Source of the DNA: Macrostomum lignano
Lineage: Eukaryota
Assembly (NCBI GenBank): GCA_002269645.1
Contig: NIVC01000912.1
Location: 92,623-156,622 of the forward strand
Direction of reading: 5' to 3'
DNA: 64,000 nucleotides
The notes beneath the pieces were generated by a model, which saw only the letters and a list, made by a program, of their open reading frames with translations, was not told the DNA's origin and did no database searches. Of this stretch, positions 11,528 to 24,051 are shown piece after piece; the first letter of the stretch is position 1, and the number at the start of each line of letters is the position of its first letter. The position numbers and the translations under genes were made by a program.

Positions 11528-12384
11528 TGCGGCACTCCGGAGGGGGTGGGGCGGGGACGGAGGGCCTTCGCCGTGCTCGATCTTTTCTCCCAGTCCCGCT
11601 CGCTCTCTAAGCCGAGATCCGGCAGCTCTCCTCATCCTACCATAGCGCCCCGCTCCCTCTTTTTCTCTCATCTATCAGATTTCTCCGCCGCCTCGTGCGA
11701 GCGAGTGTGAATCTGTGCGGTCGGGCTTGATGATGCACCAACCCTCCTGCAGTCTCCCTCATCCTCCCCCCATTCCAGCTGCTCGACCGGAGCAATATCG
11801 ATTTTCTTCTCAGTGCTCTCTCCTTTCTCTCCTCTTCCTTCTTCTAGTAGTGCTCTGCAGACTTTACTGGCAGCAGCAGCAGCAGCTTAGATGCCATCAG
11901 GCGGCGGGTATTTAGCGCCGGGAAGCTGGCCGAGCCGATGATGAAGCTCGACTGCCACAATGCTGGATTCTTTTGTCTCCCGATGCAGTCAATCCTAGCT
12001 ATTAGTTATTTGCATTCAACCTGCCCCAACCGCCTTCCCCTAAGATTTCCGGGCTTCTAGAAACGGACACGCAGGCAGATGAAGCTAATTTCCCCCTTCT
12101 ACACCGGCCTGTCAATCAGTAGGTGGGGAAGCTGGGAGAGAAACACTGCGGGAGTGCAGCTACCTACTCTCCATGCTGGCTGTGCAAAGTGGCTGGGATC
12201 GACTATTTAGGAAATGGGGAGGAAAGGGGAGAAGGAGTGGAAGAGAGACGGCTTGGCAGAGAAGTTGGGTAGAGAGGGCGAGACGGACGGGCTGAGAGAC
12301 TGATAGACGTAGACTGATTTTCGTGGACTAATTAATGGATTGATTGATTGGCCAATTGGTTGAGTAATAGAGTATACTGAGATT

Positions 12385-12495
12385 GATTGACGCTAAGACA
12401 GACAGACAGACAGACAGGCAGACAGACAGACAGGCAGACAGACAGACAGACAGACAGACAGGCAGACAGACAGACAGACAGACAGACAGACAGGC

Positions 12496-12528
<33 letters not shown>

Positions 12529-12591
12529 GGCAGACAGACAGACAGGCAGACAGACAGACAGGCAGACAGACAGACAGACAGACAGACAGGC

Positions 12592-12624
<33 letters not shown>

Positions 12625-12639
12625 GGCAGACAGACAGAC

Positions 12640-12676
<37 letters not shown>

Positions 12677-12740
12677 GGCAGACAGACAGACAGATAGACA
12701 GACAGACAGACAGACAGACAGGCAAACAGGCAGGCAGGCA
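12385..12740. repeat. (GACA)n microsatellite
   Basis: Long agac run with ggc variants. Confidence 0.95.
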
Positions 12741-13234
12741 ATAGGAAGGAGCGAACGGGCAATAAAACGCCAGCACTGCAGGAAAAGATCAGCTGCAAAC
12801 GGTTTATCCTTAATTTTATTGATTCTTTCAAATTTGCATTTTTTCGCATTGTTGTAGACTGTCAGTCTAAGAAAAATTGGCTTAGTTTAAAGCAATAACA
12901 ATAAATAGATTTGGTCCGGTGCAGTTTCACTGCGGGCCTCTGTCTACCCAGCTGCAGTTGCGGGCGCTAAACTGTTTTGCCCGGCTCGTCTCCCTTATCT
13001 CTGTCCGCAGTCATCGGCTGAGGGCTGGCATGGGTGGCATGGTGCAGCGAAAATTTCTGCCTGGTGAATCGATTTTTTGTGTCGTTTTATTTGGGATTTG
13101 TCTGCATGATGCAGCTGTGTGGGGCCGGTCAATGTGCCTGTGACATCGCTTGCTGTTTATGAAGGTTTTTTACGAGCGCAGAGTCGTTTAGACTGATCCG
13201 TGTGAGATTTCAAGGTTGATTGTCACTCTCTGGT

Positions 13235-13860
13235 TGTCGGAATTCAAAGTCATTTTCACTCTCTGAAAGTCTGAATTTTAGGGTCATTGTCACTCCTTGA
13301 AGAGTGGAAGTTCAGAGTCATTGTCACTCTCTAGAATTTGGAAGTTCAGTCATCGTCACTCTCTAAAAGTCGGAATTTCAGAGCCATTGTCACTCCCTGA
13401 AAGTGGAAGTTCAGAGCCATTGTCACTCCCTGAAAAGTGGAAGTTCAGAGCCATTGTCACTCCCTGAAAGTGGAAGTTCAGAGTCATTGTCACTCCCTGA
13501 AAAGTGGAAGTTCAGAGCCATTGTCACTCTCTGAAAAGTGGAAGTTCAGAGCCATTGTCACTCTCTGAAAAGTGGAAGTTCAGAGCCATTGTCACTCCCT
13601 GAAAAGTGGAAGTTCAGAGCCATTGTCACTCCCTGAAAAGTGGAAGTTCAGAGTCATTGTCACTCTCTGAAAAGTGGAAGTTCAGAGTCATTGTCACTCC
13701 CTGAAAAGTGGAAGTTCAGAGCCATTGTCACTCCCTGAAAAGTGGAAGTTCAGAGCCATTGTCACTCCCTGAAAAGTGGAAGTTCAGAGCCATTGTCACT
13801 CCCTGAAAAGTGGAAGTTCAGAGCCATTGTCACTCCCTGAAAAATGGAAGTTCAAAGGCA
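13235..13860. repeat. 33-34-bp minisatellite (GTGGAAGTTCAGAGCCATTGTCACTCCCTGAAAA)n
   Basis: Diverged 5' copies grade into homogeneous 3' copies. Confidence 0.9.
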
Positions 13861-15829
13861 TCGTTACTCCCTTCAGAGTGATAACTCAGAGATTTGTCTG
13901 TCTGTCTGTCTTAGCTGTTGCTCAAATTTGCTATTAGGCTGTATGAATAAAGTTGCTAATGAGCTCTGCGGGTACTCAAGAAGCCGCACAATGAGACGCA
14001 GTAGATGCTGCTCAGGTGTGTCTCTAATTTACTCGCAGCAGACTCGGTAGAGCTACTCAACTCATTTGTCGGATCGCAGTTTGACAAGCGTGGGAACTTT
14101 TCTCCGCGCCTCTGCAATGTAATTGATGATTAGAAGAGAGTAAGAGGCTGGACAGCCGTCGACTCTTTCTAAGAAAAACGATTAGTCTCGCTGTAAACCC
14201 GTGTTTCTGCTCAGTAAATAACTAGTGCGGACTGTTTGTCGTTTGGTTTGTGCCGCGTCTCCATGCGTGCGCTCCTCAGTGTGCGTGTTTTGATGCCGGC
14301 TCTTACTTATTTTCACTTTACGAGCTCGGAGCTGCTCAAATATTATGCGCGATCGAGAGAAAGAAAGAGGCCAAGGACTTTTGGATAGCTAGACTAGGAT
14401 ATGCATTCCGAATTCAAAAAATTCACGCAAAACGACAACGAGTACTCTGTGATAGTCTGTGATAATTTTGTGATCTATGGAGAAATTATTGTTGAAGAGT
14501 TTGGCTGTTATGATCCGTTTGCTTGCTCTAGTCCAGGTCTTTTCATCCAGAGAACCCTGGAGAGTTTCCAGCCCCCCATTAGCTCGTGTTGACAGGTAAG
14601 ATAAATGAGATCCTCGCTTGCTTGAGCTGAGAAATTCGCGTGTCGAGAGCTCACTACTCTTCGTTTCCCTTAGTAACGCGGAGAGAAAAGTAAAGTTTCA
14701 CTAAATATTGTAGAGCAGGACTAACCTCTCGGAGTCGGGGAGCTTTAGTCAGGAGCGCTGTACACCCAGTGTGAGCGTGGAGTTTGGGTAGCTACCCCTT
14801 TGCGAACTACTTGTAACTACCGAGCGTAATATCCAAGATCTCAGGCACTTGACTTGGGTCTTCATCCACTCCTCCTTCAGTACCAGTCCGTAGGACATTT
14901 AGAATCCTTATATATATTATATCAAGTATTTTTAATAGGAACTGCCACTTTGGTAACTTTGCTTTGTTGACACAGTTAGCGGTAAGCACGAAGGCTACGC
15001 TATAACATACGGCATCCCGCGATTTTCATCCAGCTCTTTTCTCCTCCTGTCCGCTCCTCTCTCGCTCACCGGGACTGTTGGATGAGGAGCTCCTGCAGTT
15101 TTTAATTATTCAACAGCTGAGGCCCCCGCCTCTCCTACATGTAAACCGTGTTTTGTCACCCCCTGGGCTCCGTTTAATCCGCTCAATGCGAGTCCAAGTC
15201 TGATATTAGTTTGTTATAACTAATTCTGCGCTTCCAGTTAGGCATTGGTGATCTTTTATCGAAAATGCAGTATTTGTTGCGGTTTTATCAGCTTAACAAC
15301 CAACATTCGGCATTATAATTTATGCGAGAGAGAGATCTTTAGGAAGCAATCTGCTAGATGCACTTTTATCGCCTCCTACCAGCTTCCAAAGTCTGCATGG
15401 CTGCTCTTCATCTTGGCCATCTCCTGCCTAACCCTACTCAGACAGCGGCGGATCCGGGATCCCTGGTAGCCGTCCTGAATCCCCAGCGGACTCCGATGGG
15501 GGGGGCAGGCTCGTCCGTAAGGTGGCTGGTATCTATCCGCCATCCCCTCACCAATTCCATCTTGCCGATTCGCTCTCTCTTCTGAGAAGCCGCGTTCAAC
15601 TTCCCTGCCGACCCGATTCCGGATCCCCTCCTTGCCGATCCCTCCTGGCAATCCGCTTTGAGCTCAGCCGAAAATTTGCCTGATTAATTCGTCCGTGGCC
15701 CGTTCACAACACAGGGCATTATAGCTGCGTCTGCTGGCCTCGTGTGTTATTTCTCCATGTGCACTGTGTTGAAGCTGAGTTTGCTTAAAATGGGACTTCT
15801 GGGACTCGCATTTGGACTCAGAAATCCTC

Positions 15830-16030
15830 ATGACACCCTCCGTTAGCTTACTGAGGTATCCTAGTGACGCCCACCCCACCTCCTCGTTAGCTTACTGAGG
15901 TATCCTAGTGACGCCCACCCCACCTCCTTGTTAGCTTACTGAGGTATCCTCATGACGCCCACCCCACCTCTTTGTTAGCTTATTGAGGTATCCTAGTGAC
16001 GCCCACCCCACCTCCTCGTTAGCTTACTGC
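15830..16030. repeat. 44-bp tandem repeat, about 4.3 copies
   Basis: GTTAGCTTACTGAGGTATCCTAGTGACGCCCACCCCACCTCCTC repeated. Confidence 0.9.
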
Positions 16031-16239
16031 CCTATAACTACTTACAACCACTAATTGACAGAACACTCTCGCTACAAACGGCGGAAACGGCGCTGGCGGC
16101 TCGGGATCTGTTTCGCCGGAAACTTCCGCACCGGAAGGCGGCAGCAAGAAGGCAGCCAATCACGCGCAAGCTGGCCCGCTGCCATCGAAAGCTAATTAAT
16201 AATTTGATCGATTGCTGATCTAGGGTTGAGGTTTCTAGA

Positions 16240-16715
16240 GGCGAGACTCATTATGATGAGATTCATAGGGGTGAGATTCATAGGGTGAGATTCATAGGAG
16301 TTAGAACCATAAATGGTGAGATTCATCAGGATGAGATTCATAGGGGTGAGATTCATAGGGGTGAGATTCATAGTGGTGAGATTCATAGGGGTGAGATTCA
16401 TAGGGGTGAGATTCATAGGGGTGAGATTCATAGGGGTGCGACTTCTAGTGATGAGATTCATAGGGGTGAGACTCATAATGGTGAGATTCATAGGGGTGAG
16501 ATTCATAGGGTGAGACTCATAGGGGTTTAGATCCATAGGGGTGAGATTCATAAGGATATATTCATAGGTGTGAGACTCATAGAGGCGAGACTTCTAGTGA
16601 TGAGATTCATAGGGGTGAGACTCATAGGAATGTGACTCATAATGGTGAGATTCATCGGGGTGAGATTCATAGGGTTGAGATTCATAGGTTGAGACTCATA
16701 GGAGTCAGATTTTGA
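16240..16715. repeat. 15-bp minisatellite (GAGATTCATAGGGGT)n
   Basis: Tandem copies; source of the MNLTP/GEIHR artefact ORFs. Confidence 0.9.
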
Positions 16716-17099
16716 GTGATGAGATGTCGATTTTCTCATTCCAAGTGTGAGATTCGGGCCTGATATTCCCGTAGTCTAGATACCGCTTATTGCATAGCAT
16801 TGATGAAAGCTTTTTTGGCAAAAAACGAACAATTTTACCTGTGACTTATCAAGCTGCATACTTTTATGGCAATTTTGCAATACATTTTTGTTTTTGCTTG
16901 CTGCTAATTTTTATATATCGAATTGAATTGACTCAGCTATACTCACCGTTGTTGAAAACTCGCGTTGTAAATAACTTGCGGATTATACGCGCTCAGCTGT
17001 CAATATTGTTTTTTTATTTCTATTGTCTCTGGACTCGCTCGCCTCTCAGTGTCATGTGCGCCTCGATTCCCATGTTGCATGCTGTTAATTTGTGTTTGA

Positions 17100-17450
17100 A
17101 AACTCTCTCTCTCCATATCTCACCTCTCTCTCCATATCTCACCCTTTCTCTTCATATCTCACCCTCTCTCTACATATCTCACCTCTCTCTCCATATCTCA
17201 CCCTTTCTCTTCATATCTCCCCCTTCCCTCTCAATATCTCACCCTCCCTCTCTATATCTCACCCTCTCTCTCTCTCTCTCCATATCTGACCCTTCCCTCT
17301 CCAAATCTCACCCCCTCTCTCCCCATGTTCCCCTCTATCTCTCCATATCTCACCCTCTCTCTCCATATCTGACCCTTCCCTCTCCATATCTCCCCCTTCC
17401 GTCTCCATAGCTCACCCTTTCCTCTCTATATCTCACCCTCCCTCCCTCCG
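17100..17450. repeat. CT-rich degenerate repeat (TCTCCATATCTCACCC)
   Basis: Low-complexity pyrimidine tandem array. Confidence 0.8.
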
Positions 17451-18196
17451 TCAGTCGCGGATCTCTATATGTACAACAAAGTCGATTGATACTAATTATG
17501 ATGGATATTAATTAGTTATTTATTGTTGTCGAACAAATTTATACTCCAATTAGAAAAATCAATAAACTGTCTTATTGCCACGTGTTAGAAATTCGCTCAT
17601 ATTTGAAAAATTCTATCGTCTGTTCGGACTGACTTATAGAAAATTTACTATAAAACTCACTAGAGACTCGAGAAATTTATCGATTTTCGAGCGCATGATG
17701 TTTTCATCAACCTTAATCAGTCCTCTGTGTTTGTTTTCCTCCGTCTGCCTCTTTTGCTTAAATGAAACCCAGTTCGCATCTGTTGCATTGCAAAAGCATT
17801 TTTCACTCTTAATAACGAGGTCTCAGCTACATATTAATTTATTCATTAGTTAGAATAATTTTTAATGGATGGCAACTCTTTACTCAAAATGCAAGCTTAA
17901 GTGTACTACTTACTCAAATATTTATTAAATATGTGTGCGTTTTTGTTTTATTTTTATTTTTTGTTATTAAATAAATTTGTTATAAATAGGCTGGCACACT
18001 AATGTAACCCGCTTATTGTGAATGCTTGGAGTGTTGAATGCGGCTCATGTAATTGCTAATTATATATGAAATATTACATTACTTAATATACAGCTATTTA
18101 TAATATGCAACTGTATTGTGATACAAGAATGTTTTTATTTAATTCTATTCATATTGTCTTCCGAGTGCCTTTGCTTTGTTTGGCTATTATAAATAC

Positions 18197-19368
18197 TAGA
18201 TTTCTAATGCAGTTTCTAATCCAGATTCTATAGATTTCTAATGCAGTTTCTAATCCAGATTCTATAGATTTCTAATGCAGTTTCTAATCCACATTCTATA
18301 GATTTCTAATGCAGTTTCTAATCCAGAGTCTATAGATTTCTAATGCAGTTTCCAATCCAGATTCTATAGATTTCTAATGCAGTTTCTAATCCAGATTCTA
18401 TAGATTTCTAATGCAGTTTCTAATCCAGATTCTATAGATTTCTAATGCAGTTTCCAATCCAGATTCTATAGATTTCTAATGCAGTTTCTAATCCAGATTC
18501 TATAGATTTCTAATGCAGTTTCTAATCCAGATTCTATAGATTTCTAATGCAGTTTCTAATCCACATTCTATAGATTTCTAATGCAGTTTCTAATCCAGAT
18601 TCTATAGATTTCTAATGCAGTTTCTAATCCAGATTCTATAGATTTCTAATGCAGTTTCTAATCCACATTCTATAGATTTCTAATGCAGTTTCCAATCCAG
18701 ATTCTATAGATTTCTAATGCAGTTTCTAATCCACATTCTATAGATTTCTAATGCAGTTTCTAATCCAGATTCTATAGATTTCTAATGCAGTTTCTAATCC
18801 AGATTCTATAGATTTCTAATGCAGTTTCTAATCCACATTCTATAGATTTCTAATGCAGTTTCCAATCCAGATTCTATAGATTTCTAATGCAGTTTCTAAT
18901 CCACATTCTATAGATTTCTAATGCAGTTTCTAATCCAGATTCTATAGATTTCTAATGCAGTTTCTAATCCAGATTCTATAGATTTCTAATGCAGTTTCTA
19001 ATCCAGATTCTATAGATTTCTAATGCAGTTTCTAATCCACATTCTATAGATTTCTAATGCAGTTTCTAATCCAGATTCTATAGATTTCTAATGCAGTTTC
19101 TAATCCAGATTCTATAGATTTCTAATGCAGTTTCTAATCCACATTCTATAGATTTCTAATGCAGTTTCTAATCCAGATTCTATAGATTTCTAATGCAGTT
19201 TCCAATCCAGATTCTATAGATTTCTAATGCAGTTTCTAATCCAGATTCTATAGATTTCTAATGCAGTTTCCAATCCAGAGTCTATAGATTTCTAATGCAG
19301 TTTCTAATCCACATTCTATAGATTTCTAATGCAGTTTCCAATCCAGAGTCCATGGATTTCTAATGCAG
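18197..19368. repeat. 34-bp minisatellite (TAGATTTCTAATGCAGTTTCTAATCCAGATTCTA)n, about 34 copies
   Basis: Highly homogeneous array. Confidence 0.95.
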
Positions 19369-20466
19369 AATAATGGCTCTTGGGTGCTAGTATTCGAACA
19401 ATGGATAGCAGTCGTGTACCATTCAATCATTATCATCTGAGTCTGTTTTCGCCGAGTCCGTACAGCCATGGGTTCCGCCCGCCCGTCTGTCCGCCAGGCC
19501 TTGCAGCCACACGCAGGGCAGGGCATTTGTCAGAAAATTGGTCCAAAGCTTTAATTACGCAGCCTGGGGGCGATGAAGGGGGGGGGCACTGCACAGTTAT
19601 ATTTGCCAGAGTGTGCCATACTAAAGCGAGTTGGCTATAGATAAAATTGGTCGACCAGTCCGGGATCTCGGCTAAAGTGGGCCGGATTGGAAATGAAGGT
19701 CTTCCGTCTCCCCCAACCCCCACTAGTTCTCGGCCGGTCTATCCGCTTAGTCCCATCCTCCCTTATGCGGTGTGCCTGCGAGAATTGCTGGCAGCGTCTT
19801 CTGCCGAGCACTTTCTGTCCCAGACTGCGGCGGGCCGAGTATTTCTGGCAAACTCGATCATTGCGCGGCGTCCCCTGCTGGTAGAAAGCTAAATAATAAA
19901 ATTGTTCGGTGCGGTGAGCGAGGTGCACGGCTTATATTGGTCGTTTGATGCTTATTTTTAAAATAGAATATTACTGGTGAATTAATTTCTCCGTTTTACT
20001 ACTAATGGCTTCGTCAGTAGGATGATGAAAAAATGTTAGGCTAATTTAGTTTGGGGCCAAAATCGTGTCGCGATCTATTCTAGCACCTAACTTGAATTCA
20101 GTGGCGCCAAACAAACTGGAATTGAATGGCTTGGAAAATTGCCCTAAATAAAGATTCAATCAACATTGATTATAGCTTTTTCACCTAAATAATTAATGAA
20201 AAGTGAACTAAATAACAAATAACTCAAATTAAAAAACTGTTGCAAATTCGCACATAAAAATTTCCATGCAGCGTCACATTGGCGGACTCAAGTCAGCCGA
20301 GTCGCCCGCCAGATGTCTATGGCCAATAGTGCGCCGCAATCGTGTCCAGTACCAGAGCCGACTTAGACTTTCGTCTGGCTCAATAGTCGAGGATTTAATA
20401 TTATATTAGAGAAGCTTTAATTCAATCGATAGAGCGAGAGATTAAGAGTGAGAGTGAGAGATAGCC

Positions 20467-20919
20467 ATGTCCAGGCCAGATAAACAGCAGCTTCTGCGCT
20501 GGTTCACCGAGATCGACACCGAGGGCAACGGCTTTATCACATTCGAGGGTCTCAAGGCCGTCTGCCAGCGCGACGGCCTAGACGAATCGTCAGCCGTTGA
20601 GATGTTCGAGATTCTTGACGCAAACCGCGACGGCAAGATCACAAAGCGGGAGTACATGCTGCTTCTGGACATCTACCCGGAGAATGAACGCGAAGAGGAG
20701 ACCTGGCGACTTGTGTTTGAAAGCGTCGACGAGGAGGGCACGGGCCAGACGACTTTCGCCGAGGTGGAGCGCTACTTCGCCACGAATGTCGGCCAGAGAG
20801 TGGCCCTCGGCGTCTACAAAAACGACCTGCGGCGGTTTCACCACGCGGTTGGTCGTTCGGTAACCACCTTCAACACAGAAGACTTCATCACCTGGTTTCG
20901 CAAGGAGCGACGCGCTTGA
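20467..20919 (+). CDS. Intronless calmodulin-like EF-hand calcium-binding protein (150 aa)
   Basis: gccATG start. EF loops DTEGNGFITFEG, DANRDGKITKRE and DEEGTGQTTFAE; the fourth is degenerate. GC3-rich codons; AATAAA near 21057. Confidence 0.9.
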   Translation: MSRPDKQQLLRWFTEIDTEGNGFITFEGLKAVCQRDGLDESSAVEMFEILDANRDGKITKREYMLLLDIYPENEREEETWRLVFESVDEEGTGQTTFAEVERYFATNVGQRVALGVYKNDLRRFHHAVGRSVTTFNTEDFITWFRKERRA

Positions 20920-21189
20920 AACGAGACAGAATCGCTCCGTTTGATTAACAGCGGGAAATTTTCTTTTTAATTTGCGTTTCATGACAATACACGACGGTGA
21001 CTAATCGTCTGTGTGAAGGCGTGTAGTTTTAAACCGAATGTGTTTGATTTTCAATTCAATAAAAATTCATCGTTTGTTCTTTCATTACAAATATTTTTAA
21101 TAATGGCTGGCCTTCGATCATCAGCGAATCCCACCAGCCAAAATCTTATATGCTCGTAGAAAATGTGGATCGTTTAAAACAAAAATTAA

Positions 21190-21575
21190 CCAATCCTAGC
21201 CAATCAGCGATTTAATGGAGTTAGCGAGGATAGAAATTACAGGTTTGAGGGGATAAGCAGGAAAACTGATAAGCCTCCACCCAATTCTAGCCAATCAGCG
21301 ATAAAGTGGGGTTAACGAGGATAAGATTACGGGTTTGAGGGGTAGGCAGGAAGACTGATAAGCCTCCTTCACCCAATTCTAGCCAATCAGCGATAAAGTG
21401 GGGTTGGCGAGGATAGAAATTACGGGTTTGAGGGTAGGCAGGAAAACTGATAAGCCTCCACCCAATTCTAGCCAATCAGCGATAAAGTGGGGTTAGCGAG
21501 GATAAGATTACGGGTTTGAGGGGTAGGCAGGAAAACTGATAAGCTTCCTTCACCCATCCCGACCAATCAGAGACA
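21190..21575. repeat. about 90-bp tandem repeat carrying one CCAATCAG box per unit
   Basis: AGCCAATCAGCGATAAAGTGGGG...GATAAGCCTCCACCCAATTCT repeated about 4 times. Confidence 0.85.
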
Positions 21576-21914
21576 GTGGTTCAGAAGGGCCATTCAATGT
21601 TAGGCAGCTAGTCATAAAAAGCAATAACTCAGTTCTTCAGCACAGCTTCCTACAAAAACAACCAAGTCTTTATACGACAAACAGTTTAGGATATTTGCTT
21701 CGAAAAAATCACCTTTCAAAGAATCTAACAAATACATTAGCTCTTTTACTAATGGACTTATTTATAAGTAATTTGGATGCACTACTGTACAAAATGGCTA
21801 CAATAACAGTTGCAATCTGCACAGGAAAGATTTCGGTAAACTGTTTTGCTGCCAATTATATATCCAAAAAGACTTGGCAACAATAAACTTGTTTACACTC
21901 AGTTGAGACCCCAG

Positions 21915-22131
21915 GCCACGGGTTCCGGCATCGCCCTAAGCCACGGGTTCCGGCATCGCCCTAAGCCACGGGTTCCGGCATCGCCCTAAGCCACGGGTTC
22001 CGGCATCGCCCTAAGCCACGGGTTCCGGCATCGCCCTAAGCCACGGGTTCCGGCATCGCCCTAAGCCACGGGTTCCGGCATCGCCCTAAGCCACGGGTTC
22101 CCGCATCGCCCTAAGCCACGGGTTCCGGCAT
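21915..22131. repeat. 25-bp minisatellite (GCCACGGGTTCCGGCATCGCCCTAA)n, about 8.7 copies
   Basis: Near-perfect array; each unit contains CCCTAA (TTAGGG on minus). Confidence 0.95.
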
Positions 22132-22812
22132 TGCCGGCGCCGGCGGTCTCAGCTCCGACATGGACATGGCCGGACTGTGCGCCGTCACCGCGGCCGCTCC
22201 ATAGTAGTCGGCCACAACGGCAGACGGGACATTCAGGTCCGTCATCCACGACGACGACTGCGGCCAGCGACTATCGACTTCGTTTCGCCTGTCGTTGACG
22301 GCGTCGGTTTCTCGGTGACGCTTTCGTCGACGTCGAAAAGCGCCCAATCGACGTCCCCGGAGGTCGATGGCCAGGACGTACGCGGCCAGCAGGAGGCCGA
22401 CACCGGCCACGGCGCCGCCCAGCAGACTGAGCGGGTAAACCTCCGCCCGCTGCTGCGATGCTTCGGCACCCCGCTCAGGCCATCGAGGATGCCGCAGCGC
22501 CAGCAGCACCGACAGGGCGGCTGCCGAGGCCAACAGGGCGGCCAGGCCGGTGTAGAAAGTCAGGAGAAACAGCGCCAGATGGCAGCGCTGACGGTGGCGT
22601 CGACACCACAGGCTGGGCGGCGGGCAGCAAAGAAGTCGGGGCAGCGGCTGCTGCTGCTGTTGCTGCTGCTGCTGATGATGATGCTGCTGATGCTGATGCT
22701 GATGCTGATGCTGATGCTGATGCTGCTGATGATGATGATGATGCTGCTGATGCTGATGATGATGATGCTGATGCTGATGATGCTGATGATGATCCTGAGG
22801 CTGGATATGCAT
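22111..22812 (-). CDS. Uncharacterised two-transmembrane protein with N-terminal His/Gln tract (233 aa)
   Basis: Single-exon ORF with a real ATG, preceded by an acceptor (catacacag|). Two hydrophobic helices (LALFLLTFYTGLAALLASAAALSVLLAL; LSLLGGAVAGVGLLLAAYVLAI), a polybasic stop-transfer segment and GC3-rich codons. Confidence 0.7.
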   Translation of the reverse strand: MHIQPQDHHQHHQHQHHHHQHQQHHHHHQQHQHQHQHQHQHQQHHHQQQQQQQQQPLPRLLCCPPPSLWCRRHRQRCHLALFLLTFYTGLAALLASAAALSVLLALRHPRWPERGAEASQQRAEVYPLSLLGGAVAGVGLLLAAYVLAIDLRGRRLGAFRRRRKRHRETDAVNDRRNEVDSRWPQSSSWMTDLNVPSAVVADYYGAAAVTAHSPAMSMSELRPPAPAMPEPVA

Positions 22813-22834
22813 TGAGTGCGGCCTGTGTATGTGG

Positions 22835-23020
22835 TTGATTGATAGATCGATAAATTGTTATTTGATTGATTGATCGATTGGTCGATTCATTGATTGATTG
22901 ATTGAGCGACTGATTTATTGATTGATTGATTGATTGACTGGTTGATTAATTGAGCTACTGATTGATTGATTTGTTGATTGATTGATTGATTGATCGATTG
23001 ATTGCTAGATTTTTTTGATT
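22835..23020. repeat. (GATT)n degenerate microsatellite
   Basis: ttga/gatt run upstream of the 2-TM ORF. Confidence 0.8.
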
Positions 23021-24051
23021 GGTTCATTCGTTGAATGGTTGACTCAATCATTAATTTGTTCGTTTAATTTCTTAATTGGCCAATTATACGTGATAGGCCG
23101 ACAGCTGATTGATCCAGAGAATTTCCATCTCCTTCACTCAATTATCTATTAATTGACGCTCCTACAACTAATATCTCCAATTCATAAGTTACTGGGTGTA
23201 TTGCGAATAAACAGCTGGGAACTTATTATTTTTTATTCTGCAATCAGAAGGAACGAGAGAATTCATGTCTACTCGGACACAACTCGGACACTCACCCAAC
23301 GGTAGACGGTCGCCCGTGTTCGCGCCTGTCGAATGCTTCTCCAATTTCAGTAGCCATGCAGACTCAGCTCCGGAATTCAAAGTCTGCCAGCAAACAGCCA
23401 ACACAGACTTTAAACGTTTTTGGGGCCAAAAGTATTTTTAGAGCCATTCATTGGCGGAATTTCGTGACTCCCTGCTCTGGCTAAAACCTGTTGGAAACGG
23501 CTGAGCAAACTTTCTATCCAACTCAAGTAGCTTCCGCTGTGCCCGCACACCCATGCGCGCCAAGCCTTGAGAGCTTGATTGATCCGACGCCTCTCAGCGT
23601 GCGATTTTGGTTGCTATAGAAACCATAAGCGTGTAGAATCATTGTACACTTAACTAACCTTTGCTGTTGTATTGAATACTATCGACACATATCGGCACCA
23701 GCTGCTCATCATTGTCATTGCTCAAGTGTCCCTTTTCGGGGTATCAATGAATGAAATTTCGTCTCGATTTCCCAAAAACCTAACAAACCCCATGATTTTA
23801 TAGCCGAAAAATGATTTAACCTAAAATGGCCTCTTTCTCCGATATGTTGTGTAAAAAACTTTTTTGGTTTAAGTAGAGCTTAACGCAAGAATATTACCAG
23901 AAATTTAATTAAAATCGATTATACGCTCGTAGTTATAGAAGAATAAAATTACTATAAGGAAAACTATTCAATTGAGAACTCTTAAATAGCAGTTAATGTT
24001 TACTGAAAAAAAACATAATAAGACAATTAAAGAAAAAAGTAAAAAAATTCA

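Noticed and set aside
19740-19892. Possible hAT dimerisation-domain remnant (AASSAEHFLS..GRVF)
   Set aside because: Similarity is too weak and no TIRs were found.
22177-22815. Plus-strand ORF ending in poly-(Leu/Met)
   Set aside because: Antisense reading of the CAG/CAT His/Gln tract; the minus frame has the coherent topology and codon bias.
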